Part shown: piece by piece, positions 51,337-61,307 of the stretch | How positions within the stretch are numbered: the first letter of the stretch is position 1 | How the letters are laid out: the number at the start of each line of letters is the position of its first letter | DNA from: an uncultured delta proteobacterium | GTDB taxonomy: Bacteria > Desulfobacterota > Syntrophia > Syntrophales > UBA2185 | Length of the DNA stretch: 64,000 nt | Assembly (NCBI GenBank): GCA_963729715.1 | Contig: CAVSPA010000007.1 | Location: 352,001-416,000 of the forward strand | Direction: 5' to 3' | Position numbers and translations under genes: made by a program | Notes under the pieces: generated by a model | Databases searched by the model: none | What the model saw: the letters and a program-made list of their open reading frames with translations, nothing else | What the model was told of the DNA's origin: nothing

Positions 51337-52230
51337 ATGGAAATCAATCACCAATGGGTCTGGATCGATACACAGGCACGAATGGATGAGGCAGAAAGAG
51401 ACATCGCCAACGCATCCATCATTTGTGTTGATACGGAGTATGATTCCTTCAGGTATTTTCGCGAAGTCCTCTGTCTGATCCAGATAGATGCAGATGGACG
51501 TACTTACCTTTTCGACCCTCTGGGCAAGCTTGATTTTCCCTTCCTCGGAACGTTTTTCACAGATCCCGCCGTCCTCAAAATATTGCATGCAGGTGATAAC
51601 GATATCCGGCTTCTAAAAAGGGACTACGGTTTCGAATTCAAGAATGTTTTTGACACACACCAGGCTGCGTCCATCCTCGGTTGTAACCATCTTTCTCTCT
51701 CGACATTGATAAGCCAGTATCTCGGCACGGAGCTCAAAAAAGATAAGAAAATGCAGCGCTCCAAGTGGGAAACACGCCCCCTGACGGAAGAACAGATGCA
51801 CTATGCAGTAGAGGACACGGCGCACCTCACGGCCCTGTATCGGAGGCTGGAGTCTGAGATCCAGTTGAGGGGTCTCAAAAGGAAAGCGGCAAGGGCCTTT
51901 GAGAAGATCGCCGCCGTGACATGGAATGAGAAAGTCTTCAATCCTCAGGGATGCAAAGGTATCAAGGGGTACGAGTCCCTTTCAGCGCAACAGAAGCATT
52001 ATTTGCTTAACCTCTACCGATGGCGTTTCCAGAAGGCAAAAAAGACAAACATGGCGCGCTTCAGGATATTTCCCGATCAGGCCCTGCTTGACATAGCAAG
52101 AACCGAGGCATCCTCCATGGAAATGCTGAGGGAGACAAATATGCTTTCGCCTGAAAAGATAAGGGTCTATGGACGGGAAATTATCGAGGCCATTACTGAC
52201 GGCAGAGCGTCGGAACAGGACCTTCGATAA
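51337..52230 (+). CDS. Ribonuclease D-like 3'-5' exonuclease with HRDC domain
   Basis: DTEYDS, LCLIQI, KILHA..ND, FDT..AA, W..RPL....YA.ED. Confidence 0.88.
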   Translation: MEINHQWVWIDTQARMDEAERDIANASIICVDTEYDSFRYFREVLCLIQIDADGRTYLFDPLGKLDFPFLGTFFTDPAVLKILHAGDNDIRLLKRDYGFEFKNVFDTHQAASILGCNHLSLSTLISQYLGTELKKDKKMQRSKWETRPLTEEQMHYAVEDTAHLTALYRRLESEIQLRGLKRKAARAFEKIAAVTWNEKVFNPQGCKGIKGYESLSAQQKHYLLNLYRWRFQKAKKTNMARFRIFPDQALLDIARTEASSMEMLRETNMLSPEKIRVYGREIIEAITDGRASEQDLR

Positions 52231-52319
52231 AAGAGCGCTCTACATCGGGAACAGATTTGTTTTCAGGCGACGCGCAGCAAGAGCTGCAGGCGGATGGATA
52301 GAACCGCAATGCTTCGTCT

Positions 52320-54023
52320 TCACCTTTTAAATTCCTCGCGCGTCAGATAATCCTGTGCCGCTTTGAGTCCCAGCCATGCTGCGGATATCATGTCATCGAG
52401 GGCTTCATCAAAGGCCCACAGTTCCTCGTACGCCCGCGCACGGATGTAGTAGGCCATGGCCTCTTTCCTGTTTATGGCGATCGCCATGCTGCAATACTCA
52501 ACAGTCTCGGAAAAATTCCCCAGTTTCCCATAGGCTATGCCGCGGTAGATATAGGGTCTGGTGTCTTTCGGGGCCAGTTTCATGACCTTGTTGAAATCCT
52601 CGACTGCCCTTTCATACTCCCCCAATTCCCAGAGGGCTATCCCATGATAGAGGTATCCTGTAGCATCGGCGGGTTTCATCTCCTTTATCTTTTTGAATTC
52701 GCGAACGGCGCGCACATAGTTTTCTCCGTCTCCGTAAAATTTCGTGAAGGAACCGTAGTTCAGGATTTCACGCGGGTTTGTCGCTAAGGCCTTCTCGTAA
52801 TTGCTTAGAGCTTTTTTATAATTGCCGAGATGGCCGTAAGCAATCGACCGGAGCAGATATACCCTTTCATCCCGCGGATTCATTTGCAGGACGATGTCGT
52901 AGTCCCTGATGGCATTATCATAGCGGCCTGCAACCCATTCAGCCACGCCGCGGCCATAATAGGCGCTCACCTGTTTCGGATTACGTGTGATGAGACTGTC
53001 ATAGTACTCCGTGGGTGTTTCTCTTTTTCCGAGCTTCTGATAAGCCTGTTCAAGACTCGCTTTGGCCTGCGGATCTTTCTCATTCTTTTCGAGAGCACGG
53101 TGATAATCATTGATGGCAATGGGAAGGTTGCCGGTTTTCTCATAAATCCTCCCCCGCTGATAGTAGGCCTCGGAAGATCCGGAATTGATTTCGACAGCCC
53201 TTGTGCAATCCGCGAGCGCCTGATCAAGATTTCCCGTTTTCTCTTCGAGAGCGGCACGCTTGAGGTACGATGTCTCATCCCGGGGGCTGAGTTCAATGAG
53301 TCTGTCTAAATCCGTCTTGGCCTTTTGGTAGTCGCCTGTCTTCTCAAAGATCCTCTCCCGGAAAAGGTAGAAGAACTTTTCTTCCTTCTGAAGGTCAACG
53401 GCCTTAGTGAAGGCCTCTGCCGCTTCCCGGTCATTGCCCGAGATGAGGAGCCTGTATCCCTCGAGGCATAATGTCCAGGCAATCATATCATCTATAGCTC
53501 TACGATATTGCTTTGCCGCAGACGCATCGGCGTCTTTGGAAGAGAACTTCTTCCGCAGGTCCTCGATCTTGATAAGCGCCGCGGCCACCTCTCTTCCGAT
53601 CTCCGCCACGTCCTTGCTCTTTTGAGAATCTTTGCGGAGCGCGTCCAGAGCCTTCACAAGGGCCGGTGGATCAGTTGCTATTTTTACGGTTAAGGTAAAA
53701 GATTTTCCATCCTGACTCTCTGAAACCGTGTCCGGCCTAACCAGCGCCGATACCATGGATCGGATATCTTTGGGGCCGAGGAGAAAGAGCTTTGCATCTG
53801 TATGCTCTGCGAGATAATTTCCCAGCTCCGTGTAGAGAAGACCTTCTGCCTGTGCACGGCCGACGGCCTTTGAGGATGCTTCATTGTCCAGATCACTCAC
53901 CCGATATGTGTATCTCTTTTCAAAGGTCTTGACTTCAGCCATGGCGGGGCTAATGACGAACTGGAGCAGCGGTATGATGATTAGAACGGCGCACTTGATA
54001 TTAATCGGAGTCTTCCACTTCAT
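52320..54023 (-). CDS. Exported tetratricopeptide repeat protein
   Basis: Signal peptide and multiple AY..RG......G....AI.D...A TPR units. Confidence 0.88.
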   Translation of the reverse strand: MKWKTPINIKCAVLIIIPLLQFVISPAMAEVKTFEKRYTYRVSDLDNEASSKAVGRAQAEGLLYTELGNYLAEHTDAKLFLLGPKDIRSMVSALVRPDTVSESQDGKSFTLTVKIATDPPALVKALDALRKDSQKSKDVAEIGREVAAALIKIEDLRKKFSSKDADASAAKQYRRAIDDMIAWTLCLEGYRLLISGNDREAAEAFTKAVDLQKEEKFFYLFRERIFEKTGDYQKAKTDLDRLIELSPRDETSYLKRAALEEKTGNLDQALADCTRAVEINSGSSEAYYQRGRIYEKTGNLPIAINDYHRALEKNEKDPQAKASLEQAYQKLGKRETPTEYYDSLITRNPKQVSAYYGRGVAEWVAGRYDNAIRDYDIVLQMNPRDERVYLLRSIAYGHLGNYKKALSNYEKALATNPREILNYGSFTKFYGDGENYVRAVREFKKIKEMKPADATGYLYHGIALWELGEYERAVEDFNKVMKLAPKDTRPYIYRGIAYGKLGNFSETVEYCSMAIAINRKEAMAYYIRARAYEELWAFDEALDDMISAAWLGLKAAQDYLTREEFKR

Positions 54024-54206
54024 TAATTCAATCTTTCAAGGCCGGATGGCGATTCTTCTCCGGAACCCGTGTGGATGGCGTTTGTCTTTCTGAATATAAG
54101 GGCCAAACTAAGCCGCTTGAATACCCTCTAACGTCTCAATATGGCCGCAGCATGATTCAGGAAGGGTTCGACAGTCGGTAGGCTTTTTACTCTGCTTTGT
54201 GGAATA

Positions 54207-54587
54207 TCAGGACTTAAGTTTGCAAACGTCGTTTTCTACGAGCAGCTCTGTTGCCCTTTTAAGCCTCAGGGAGAGTGTTCTTAAGATTACCTGAAAATGT
54301 TGCGACAGCTTGTTGTACTCTGTATCCAGGAAAGCGCGGTCGATAAGCCCGACCGTCGTTTCTCCCACCGCCCGTGCTGTGGCAGTTCTTGGAATACGGG
54401 CAAGAAAGGCTATTTCCCCGAAGACATCACCGGACTGTAATACCGTGATGACGGCCCTGCCACTGGCAGCTGTCTTGGAAAGTTCCACAGCACCTGATTC
54501 TATCGCATATATCCAATCACCATGACTCCCTTCCTCAAAAATAATCTGCCCATCCTGATAGGTTTCGTATGTTGCGATAGGTAACAT
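54207..54587 (-). CDS. Stand-alone cyclic nucleotide-binding domain protein
   Basis: IFEEG..GD..Y.I.SG.V, GDVFGE.A.L...PRTATA. Confidence 0.9.
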   Translation of the reverse strand: MLPIATYETYQDGQIIFEEGSHGDWIYAIESGAVELSKTAASGRAVITVLQSGDVFGEIAFLARIPRTATARAVGETTVGLIDRAFLDTEYNKLSQHFQVILRTLSLRLKRATELLVENDVCKLKS

Positions 54588-54713
54588 TTTTGCATACTCC
54601 TTGAAAGTTTCCCAAATTTCTTTATTTTATAAGAAATAATGGTTGAGAAAGTTCATCTGTGCAAGCCTGCCTTCCTGCATGCTATTGAGGAAGACGCCAT
54701 TTGACTTTTCAAT

Positions 54714-55103
54714 TCACTGACTCTCTTGGTCGGGTTTCGCCGGGATCTCTTTTTCATCACCCATGTCGGGAAAACCTTTTTTCCCTATTTTATAGGCGTC
54801 TACCACAGAAAAGAGCCAACAGCATAAAACAAATAATAGGATAAAGTTAAGATTAATCCCGCTGTGTACGGAATCAATCTTGGCGAGATTGGAGACTGTC
54901 TCCATGTCGGCGATTCCGCCCCCACTCTCTATTGCTCTAAGACTTTCCAGGGCGCTTGCAACCACTGTTCCGACAATTATGCCTAAACACAATAATACGG
55001 GTAGCAGAATTGCAAGACCCCGCGTGTACCTCTTGAGATATATCTGACCTAGGCCGGGAAACACAATGCCTGATAATAGGGCGGCCTTAATAGCGCTTTT
55101 CAT
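54714..55103 (-). CDS. Hypothetical membrane protein
   Basis: AALLS...PGLGQIY...Y.RG and W.FS..DAY pattern; two to three TM segments. Confidence 0.75.
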   Translation of the reverse strand: MKSAIKAALLSGIVFPGLGQIYLKRYTRGLAILLPVLLCLGIIVGTVVASALESLRAIESGGGIADMETVSNLAKIDSVHSGINLNFILLFVLCCWLFSVVDAYKIGKKGFPDMGDEKEIPAKPDQESQ

Positions 55104-55206
55104 ATGTCATCTTCTTTCAGTATCACTGATCGGACTTCGGGATTCATCATACCATATTCCTTAAGGCGAATGTTGCTATTTTCTTGTCAGGAAAATACAA
55201 CTCAAC

Positions 55207-56079
55207 TTACTCATTGGGTTTATAGGTTCGTTCCTTCTGCGGTGTTAACCCCTTTTCTTTTGACCTCGTTTTTACAAACCAGTCTATCAACTCACGGGCA
55301 ATACTGATCTTACCTGGTATGGTCGGAAGTTTTTCTGGATCAAACCATCCTGCATCAGCGATCTCCGTTTCGTCAATCCTGATCTCGCCGCTCTCATATT
55401 CTGCGGTAAAACCTATCATCAGGGAATCAGGAAAGGGCCAGGGCTGGCTTCCGAAATAACGGATATTCTTGACCCTGATACCCACCTCTTCTCCTATCTC
55501 GCGTTCTACCGCTTCTTCGAGCGTTTCGCCGAGTTCGACAAAACCCGCGAGGACGCTGTACAGCTCTGAAGTGAATCTCTTAACCCGGGCTAGGAGCACC
55601 CTGTTCTCTCTTTCTACAAGAACGATTATAGCGGGTGAGATGCGGGGGAAAATCAATAGTTCGCAACACGGGCACTCCTTGGCGATCATACCCCTTGTGC
55701 GGATCGTCTCCATTCCGCAGTACCCGCAATATCTTGTGGTCCTGTCCCACTCAATCATATGCACCGCTTTCATTGCTACCCTGTGGAGGAATCCTTCCAG
55801 GCGTCCGTAAAGGTGCCTCAGGCCGCGAAAGGTCATTTTCTCGGGAACCGATGCGTTTTCGGAAATCTCGGCACAATAGCAGTGACGACCGGCAATGGTC
55901 CCGAGATACCATTCCCTGATCGGTTCCAATCCAAGCTCCGCCGGATCTGTGAAACACGGGAGAGAAATTTTTTCACCCGCCTCTGCAACCATCAACCTGT
56001 CTGCCATAAACACGAACCAACATGCCGGTTCCAACTTTGTGGGCGGCGCTTCTACTGAGGGTATAAGTTTATTTTCCAT
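55207..56079 (-). CDS. nudC: NAD+ diphosphatase / NAD-cap decapping enzyme
   Basis: YCGYCG...CPCC...FPRISPA, Nudix box GFVE.GETLE....RE..EE.G, SQPWPFP.S. Confidence 0.95.
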   Translation of the reverse strand: MENKLIPSVEAPPTKLEPACWFVFMADRLMVAEAGEKISLPCFTDPAELGLEPIREWYLGTIAGRHCYCAEISENASVPEKMTFRGLRHLYGRLEGFLHRVAMKAVHMIEWDRTTRYCGYCGMETIRTRGMIAKECPCCELLIFPRISPAIIVLVERENRVLLARVKRFTSELYSVLAGFVELGETLEEAVEREIGEEVGIRVKNIRYFGSQPWPFPDSLMIGFTAEYESGEIRIDETEIADAGWFDPEKLPTIPGKISIARELIDWFVKTRSKEKGLTPQKERTYKPNE

Positions 56080-56157
56080 AGTTTAAATCTTAGCCTTTTT
56101 CTATTTAGTTGTAAAAAAGTTGCGCAGGTTCAGATGCAGATAATTAGTTTTACTGCA

Positions 56158-56239
56158 TTGAAGCTCTCTGCAGCAAGCTGCGGAGAATTTTCGATTCTTA
56201 AGGAACAGTATCGTTCGTCATGCGCTCGCTACCGAATTC
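56158..56239. repeat. Dispersed palindromic miniature element, copy 5 (intermediate length)
   Basis: TTGAAGCTCTCTGCAGCAAGCTGCGGAGAATTTTCGATTCTTAAGGAA...TGCGCTCGCTACCGAATTC; overlaps the GNAT stop codon. Confidence 0.9.
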
Positions 56240-56732
56240 CGATCAGTACTTTCGAGAACACGAGCTTATCATCACCGATCCGGTAAAAATCCTTGATACG
56301 CGCCGCCAGTTGGTAACCGCTCTTCTCATAAAACCGTATCGTTGCGCCGTAAGATTCCTGCGATGACGTCTCAATTAGGAGCATGCGGCCACCTTGCTTT
56401 TTGATTTCACGCTCGACATATCCCAAAAGATAGCGTCCAATGCCCTTCTTCTGGGCCGCCGGATCTACTGCGATCCAGTACAAATCATATACGCCCTCTG
56501 TCAGGGGAGTCGGACCGTAACAGGCGAAGCCCTGTAACACGGGATGCCTCTTTCCGTATTCAAGGACGGCGAAGATATAGCCGCTCGCATCCCCATCTTT
56601 AATGGCCTCATCTACCAGTTCCAGTGCCGTCTCTATCTCGACATCATTGAAATTGCCCGATGAAACAACCATTTCTTCGATGCGGGATCTGTCGCGCGGT
56701 TCCAGTTTACGAATGCGTTTCTCTCGATCCAC
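56229..56732 (-). CDS. GNAT family N-acetyltransferase
   Basis: CYGPTP.T...YDLYWIAVDP..Q.KGIG, ETSS...Y..T..FY...GY; start refined to GTG 56732 (GGAG RBS). Confidence 0.88.
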   Translation of the reverse strand: MDREKRIRKLEPRDRSRIEEMVVSSGNFNDVEIETALELVDEAIKDGDASGYIFAVLEYGKRHPVLQGFACYGPTPLTEGVYDLYWIAVDPAAQKKGIGRYLLGYVEREIKKQGGRMLLIETSSQESYGATIRFYEKSGYQLAARIKDFYRIGDDKLVFSKVLIGIR

Positions 56733-56882
56733 TTTTTTTCGCTCCGATACCGTGGCATCATCTACACAGCTAAAGCTATATTTGACGATCACACATATAT
56801 TATTTCCGCGATCCTTGTACCATATTTTAAACAAGAAAGCTTCGGTCATCAAAGGCAGACCATTGCTAATGTCACGGAGGGA

Positions 56883-57398
56883 TCAGTCCTTCACAACTTC
56901 ACAAGAGAGATCTATCTCATCCGCTCGGGACTTCGCGGGGCTCCAGAGCAGCCTCCATTGATGCTTTGGTGTTTGCTGCTGCACGGCCACATCCGCAGTG
57001 CTATATTCAGCCCAAGCTGCAAAATCCAACCACCAGTCAAGTACCGCCTTGTAACCCCAGAGATGAACCTTGCCCGCCACACCCGGGTGCGCAACAAGCA
57101 GCAAGTCATATACGTCCCATTTGACTGTCTCTCCGGGCTGCACTGATTCCACGATTTTTGACCGGGAGAGGGCCTCGGTGGCATCATGAATGAGACCGCG
57201 TTCCTGCGCAAACGTGGCATGCGGCACTACACCGACCAATGCCGCATGGCCAGTATTCATCATCGAGAGCATCGCCCGTGTAAACGCAATCTCCCTGCCC
57301 CCGCTCACCTCCAGCTTTGAAGGAACAGCCTGCAGGGAAATGTCCAGGCAGCCTTCCTGAATTTTCGAATTTGTTTCCAGAGGCTTTGTGTCCGGCAT
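56883..57398 (-). CDS. Hypothetical protein
   Basis: 171-aa ORF with AAGGGGG RBS; no family recognised. Confidence 0.55.
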   Translation of the reverse strand: MPDTKPLETNSKIQEGCLDISLQAVPSKLEVSGGREIAFTRAMLSMMNTGHAALVGVVPHATFAQERGLIHDATEALSRSKIVESVQPGETVKWDVYDLLLVAHPGVAGKVHLWGYKAVLDWWLDFAAWAEYSTADVAVQQQTPKHQWRLLWSPAKSRADEIDLSCEVVKD

Positions 57399-57758
57399 AA
57401 TTGTATCCCCCCTTCCGGCTCATTTCCGATCCGCGATTTTGTTTACAGTGTTAGTAAAGAAATCTACGATAATTATCGGCATGGCTTAGCCGAGGCGCTA
57501 CCCATCTCTCAATTATACAACCCCTTCTAACTAATCTTACCACATTTTGAGAGAGACTCATGATATTTTATTCCATCGCGCAAGTCTTTTCTCATTTGCC
57601 GGAGGTGCAATTTCTCTTCTTATCTTCTGCAGATATGTTGAATGGATTTGGAGAGTTTAGAAAAGCGGTGGAAGGAAGTAACCTGGAACTCGCCCTTGAG
57701 ATCGCAGGCGAGTTTATTTTCGTTCATGACCGGAAAATATTTTTCCTCAATGTTCAAT

Positions 57759-58301
57759 CTAACTGCATGAGCATGCCGAGGAGCCTTTCGCACCGGGTGA
57801 TAGGGGACAGCACATTTCTTGCCCGGCGGACTCAAAGCTCCCCACGTTGTCGGAGATTTCCTGATCGGAAAATATTCCGGCATTTTTTCTCACCATCTTG
57901 GCGAGTGAGACACACATCTGTATCTGGTCGGGTGTCACATTTTGCTCTTTCGCTTTTTGTATTTCAGAAACGACATCTGGGGCAGAATTCGCGGCAACGA
58001 ATGAAGCGATTCTTGCCAGTACTGCAAGCTTTACTAAAGACACATCGGTGCCTTGTGCGTCAATCCCCTTGTCATTGCCCATAAGCTCGGAAATTTTCAT
58101 TCTCATTGTCCCAATGGCTTCGGCCTTTGCGTCGAGTCCCCATTGAAGGGCTTTTAGCATTTCCTTTTTCGGAATTTTGAGCGACGTGGCAACGCCGTAT
58201 AATTTGTCGGCGCATTGCCGGCATCCTGCGCCCATGGCGGCGCTCATGGCGATAAGATTCTTTTCCTGGTTCGTCAAATGATTTTCCTGATTATTGTCCA
58301 T
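57759..58301 (-). CDS. Carboxymuconolactone decarboxylase/AhpD-like protein
   Basis: LT..EK.LIA..AA..AGCRQC; second degenerate helical repeat; Cys-rich tail CC...CSCS. Confidence 0.65.
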   Translation of the reverse strand: MDNNQENHLTNQEKNLIAMSAAMGAGCRQCADKLYGVATSLKIPKKEMLKALQWGLDAKAEAIGTMRMKISELMGNDKGIDAQGTDVSLVKLAVLARIASFVAANSAPDVVSEIQKAKEQNVTPDQIQMCVSLAKMVRKNAGIFSDQEISDNVGSFESAGQEMCCPLSPGAKGSSACSCS

Positions 58302-58736
58302 TTTTTATTCTCCCTCGGTTCAGTTCTTGTGCGTTTTTTTGGCTTTCACAAACTAAGACGAACCAGGAGCCAAAAAGGATACAAGAAATGTTGCCCCTTG
58401 CAAATGTCTCTATTGCCCTATTGTGGGAAGTCGCTCCGCCGATGCATATGCATCGCATGAAACGAATTTGCGCAGCAGGGCGCAAGTACCGGCTGGGGAA
58501 AGGAAATTACGAGGGAGGAAGCCTGGGATATCTCCGGTGATGTTCTTTGCGCCATCATCGGCGTCACGGACATTGCAACTACGCTCAGGTGTACGAAGGG
58601 AGCAAACCGGGTAGGCGCGGTCGTCGTCGACTAATTGATGATCTATCTGGCCTTTGAGGATTACAAGAACGTTAAGGCTAACAATAAATCGAGAGACGTA
58701 AATGCCCCGGATAAGCCCGCAGTCAGCATGAAAATT

Positions 58737-59546
58737 TTATTGCGTTCTGGCAAGGCGAAAACCTATGTAGCGGGCCATGTTGGTCGGTTTGAAGTATAGA
58801 CGATGCGCAGAACGGCTGTACTTAGCGCCGTCGCTCCAGCAGCCGCCCCGCATTACTTTGTCCGTACCCGATGAAGGGCCGGAAGGATCGGACAGGCGGC
58901 TCCTCCAGGAGTATTCGTCGAACCAGTCCTGGCACCATTCCCATACATTGCCGTACATGTCGTAGAGACCCCAGGCGTTGGGGGCGAAACTTCCCGCACG
59001 CACTGTCTTGTCCCTGAATTCCCCTTTAGGGCAGCCGGTAAGAGGGAAATTGCCGTTATAGTTCGCCTGATCCGTGGAAAGACACTTCCCCGTATAGAAG
59101 GGTGTTGTCGTCCCGGCCCGTGCCGCATACTCCCATTCCGCCTCCGTGGGAAGCCTGTACTTATTTGTTCCCTCCATCTTGTTGAGCTTCCCAATAAATT
59201 CCTGGACGTCATTCCAGGAGACGTGCTCCACAGGACAGCCATCACCGCAGTCCTTAAACTCTGAAGGATTGTTCCCCATGACCTTCTTCCATTGTTCCTG
59301 GGTGACCTCCGTCGTCTGCATGTAAAATGGTTTGCTGATCTTGACCTTGTACTGCTCCTCGTTACTCGACCGATCCGGTTCGTCGGGAGGCGATCCCCTC
59401 ATGTAGGTCCCCGCAGGGATGAGGGCAAACTTGGCTCCGAGGGTGGGGCTCGTGAAGACCTGTTCATCGGCCGCCAAGCATGGGAGAGTGATGAACAAGG
59501 CAAAGACAAATGAGATCAGTGTAATTCGCAAGAGGGCATATTTCAT
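58737..59546 (-). CDS. Exported formylglycine-generating enzyme (FGE-sulfatase) domain protein
   Basis: IPAG.Y.RGS, TEVTQ, PVE.VSW, RLPTEAEWEYAARAG, NAWGLYDM.GNVWEWC.D, RGG.W, IGFR. Confidence 0.9.
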   Translation of the reverse strand: MKYALLRITLISFVFALFITLPCLAADEQVFTSPTLGAKFALIPAGTYMRGSPPDEPDRSSNEEQYKVKISKPFYMQTTEVTQEQWKKVMGNNPSEFKDCGDGCPVEHVSWNDVQEFIGKLNKMEGTNKYRLPTEAEWEYAARAGTTTPFYTGKCLSTDQANYNGNFPLTGCPKGEFRDKTVRAGSFAPNAWGLYDMYGNVWEWCQDWFDEYSWRSRLSDPSGPSSGTDKVMRGGCWSDGAKYSRSAHRLYFKPTNMARYIGFRLARTQ

Positions 59547-59674
59547 CGGCTTCAACCTTTACTCTGAAATTCCATGCCCCTTTTATACATTACCCGTACA
59601 GAAATCACAAGACCTGTTGTAAATCTCCATTTGAGATGTTTAATTGCTTGACGATTACCTTCAGTCAACTATCA

Positions 59675-60877
59675 TCAATTCATGCTTTCATTAAATTGAG
59701 TTTCATTGGTCAACATAGCAAACATTGTCCTGATGAGCTTATGTGCTGTAGCCAGCACAGCCATTTTGTAGGGCAGCCCGTCCTGCTTTCGCTTCAGGTA
59801 ATATTTCTTGAATCTAGCGTTAAACTGGATGACCTTAGTCGTCATTACCCAGATCACCCGCCTGAGATGCCTGTTGCCTCGTTTGGTAATCTTTCCCTTT
59901 CGATCTATCTTCCCTGACTGGTACAGGGCTGGATCGAGGCCTGCCATGGCTATCACCTTTTTGTGACTCTCAAACTCCTTGACATCCCGTCCTACCTCAA
60001 TCAGGAAATTCATGGCCGTCTTTTTTCCTATGCCTCTCATAGAAGTAAGGATGTCCATATCCCTCCTCATCTTCCCCTTACACTGTTCGGTGAGTATATC
60101 CGTAAGCTCCTGGAGATGCTGCTCCAGTTGCATCAGTAAGGATACTTTCTGTTTGAGAATGATCTCTTTGGCAGAACTTGACGTTCCTATGGACGTTTCG
60201 GCTGCCTTGACAATACGCTCAACCGATGTATCCGTTTGTTTACCGTATGATCCCGGTATCAGTATCCTGGCTATCTTGGAACGCTTTGCCTGTCTTATCG
60301 AAGCAGCAGAAGGATATTGACAGAGCAACCGAAGCATGGATTTGGTAAATATACAGGCAATGTGTTCCAACTCAGGGAAAGTCATGGTCAACAATCGCTT
60401 GATTTCAATCTTGTTCGAAGTCATCTGGTCCACAAGGCTTTCCCGTTGCCTGGAGAGATCCCTGATATCGGTAAAATCAGATGATCCGACGGTTCGACCA
60501 AGGGAATCACGGTTCAAAAGAAGAAACTGCGCAATCACATAGGCATCTTTCTTATCCGTCTTGGTTTTCCTCAATTGGAGTTTAACAAAATTAGAAATAA
60601 GCAGGGGATTAATCACGATCACGGTATACCCTTTCGAGATAAGAAAAGAATATAGATTCACGTGGTAGCAGGCCGTCGACTCCATACCGACCAGTACAGA
60701 CTCTTTAGGAGCTGATAGTGAAGAAAGCTGTTTAATCAGCTCCTCAAATCCTTCCCTATCCATCGACGTCGAGATGCTGAAATGCTTTTCCCCTTGAACG
60801 CTGATACAACACGCATCGAATGTCTCCTTGGAGATATCGATGCCAAGAAACCATCTAAAACCCTTTCTTTCATCCAT
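59675..60877 (-). CDS. IS110 family transposase/recombinase
   Basis: GIDISK, MESTA, KTDKKDA (DEDD RuvC-like), GIG..TA, AGLDP..YQSG, KRGN..LR, A.AHKL. Confidence 0.96.
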   Translation of the reverse strand: MDERKGFRWFLGIDISKETFDACCISVQGEKHFSISTSMDREGFEELIKQLSSLSAPKESVLVGMESTACYHVNLYSFLISKGYTVIVINPLLISNFVKLQLRKTKTDKKDAYVIAQFLLLNRDSLGRTVGSSDFTDIRDLSRQRESLVDQMTSNKIEIKRLLTMTFPELEHIACIFTKSMLRLLCQYPSAASIRQAKRSKIARILIPGSYGKQTDTSVERIVKAAETSIGTSSSAKEIILKQKVSLLMQLEQHLQELTDILTEQCKGKMRRDMDILTSMRGIGKKTAMNFLIEVGRDVKEFESHKKVIAMAGLDPALYQSGKIDRKGKITKRGNRHLRRVIWVMTTKVIQFNARFKKYYLKRKQDGLPYKMAVLATAHKLIRTMFAMLTNETQFNESMN

Positions 60878-60879
60878 AT

Positions 60880-61070
60880 ACGCACCTCCAATTAGTACAC
60901 GGCAAAAGCAGGATCCGCCTCCCAACCAATCCTCCATCGTTACAAGGATTCTCCGATCCCATCAACCTATTATGGCTTGGGAGGCAGGGGACAGACTGTA
61001 GTAAGGATTCTTCGACCCGGGAAGAACTGAGTCCTCCTGCCTTTCCATATTCAGTTGTTAATTATATACC
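60880..61070 (-). ncRNA. Candidate IS110 bridge RNA
   Basis: Nested inverted repeats and a duplicated GGG.TCG.AGAATCCTT motif in the non-coding end upstream of the transposase. Confidence 0.5.
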
Positions 61071-61307
61071 CTATACCTGAATTGCTGGTAGGAGGAAGGA
61101 CTAACCGAAAAATCCAATCGCTGCTTTTTTCAGGATCTCCGACTCAGCGGAATCATGCCTTACTCAATTTAAGAACCAGCGAAAGCCGCGCATAAACCAG
61201 CCGTTATTTGCCAAGAGGCGGGTCACGACATAGGTCAGTATGATGTAGACCGGTGTGAGGGCAACAGAAACCCATAGGTCATGGCTAAAGGCTGCAATGC
61301 GGACCTG

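Larger units (their letters stand above)
59656..61078 (-). mobile_element. IS110 family insertion sequence (boundaries inferred)
   Basis: Transposase plus ~200-nt structured upstream non-coding end; shared TACCT at 59656-59660 and 61074-61078 as candidate core; no terminal inverted repeats. Confidence 0.65.

Noticed and set aside
57560..58084. 174-aa plus-strand ORF
   Set aside because: It largely overlaps the better-supported CMD-like gene on the minus strand and has no motifs.
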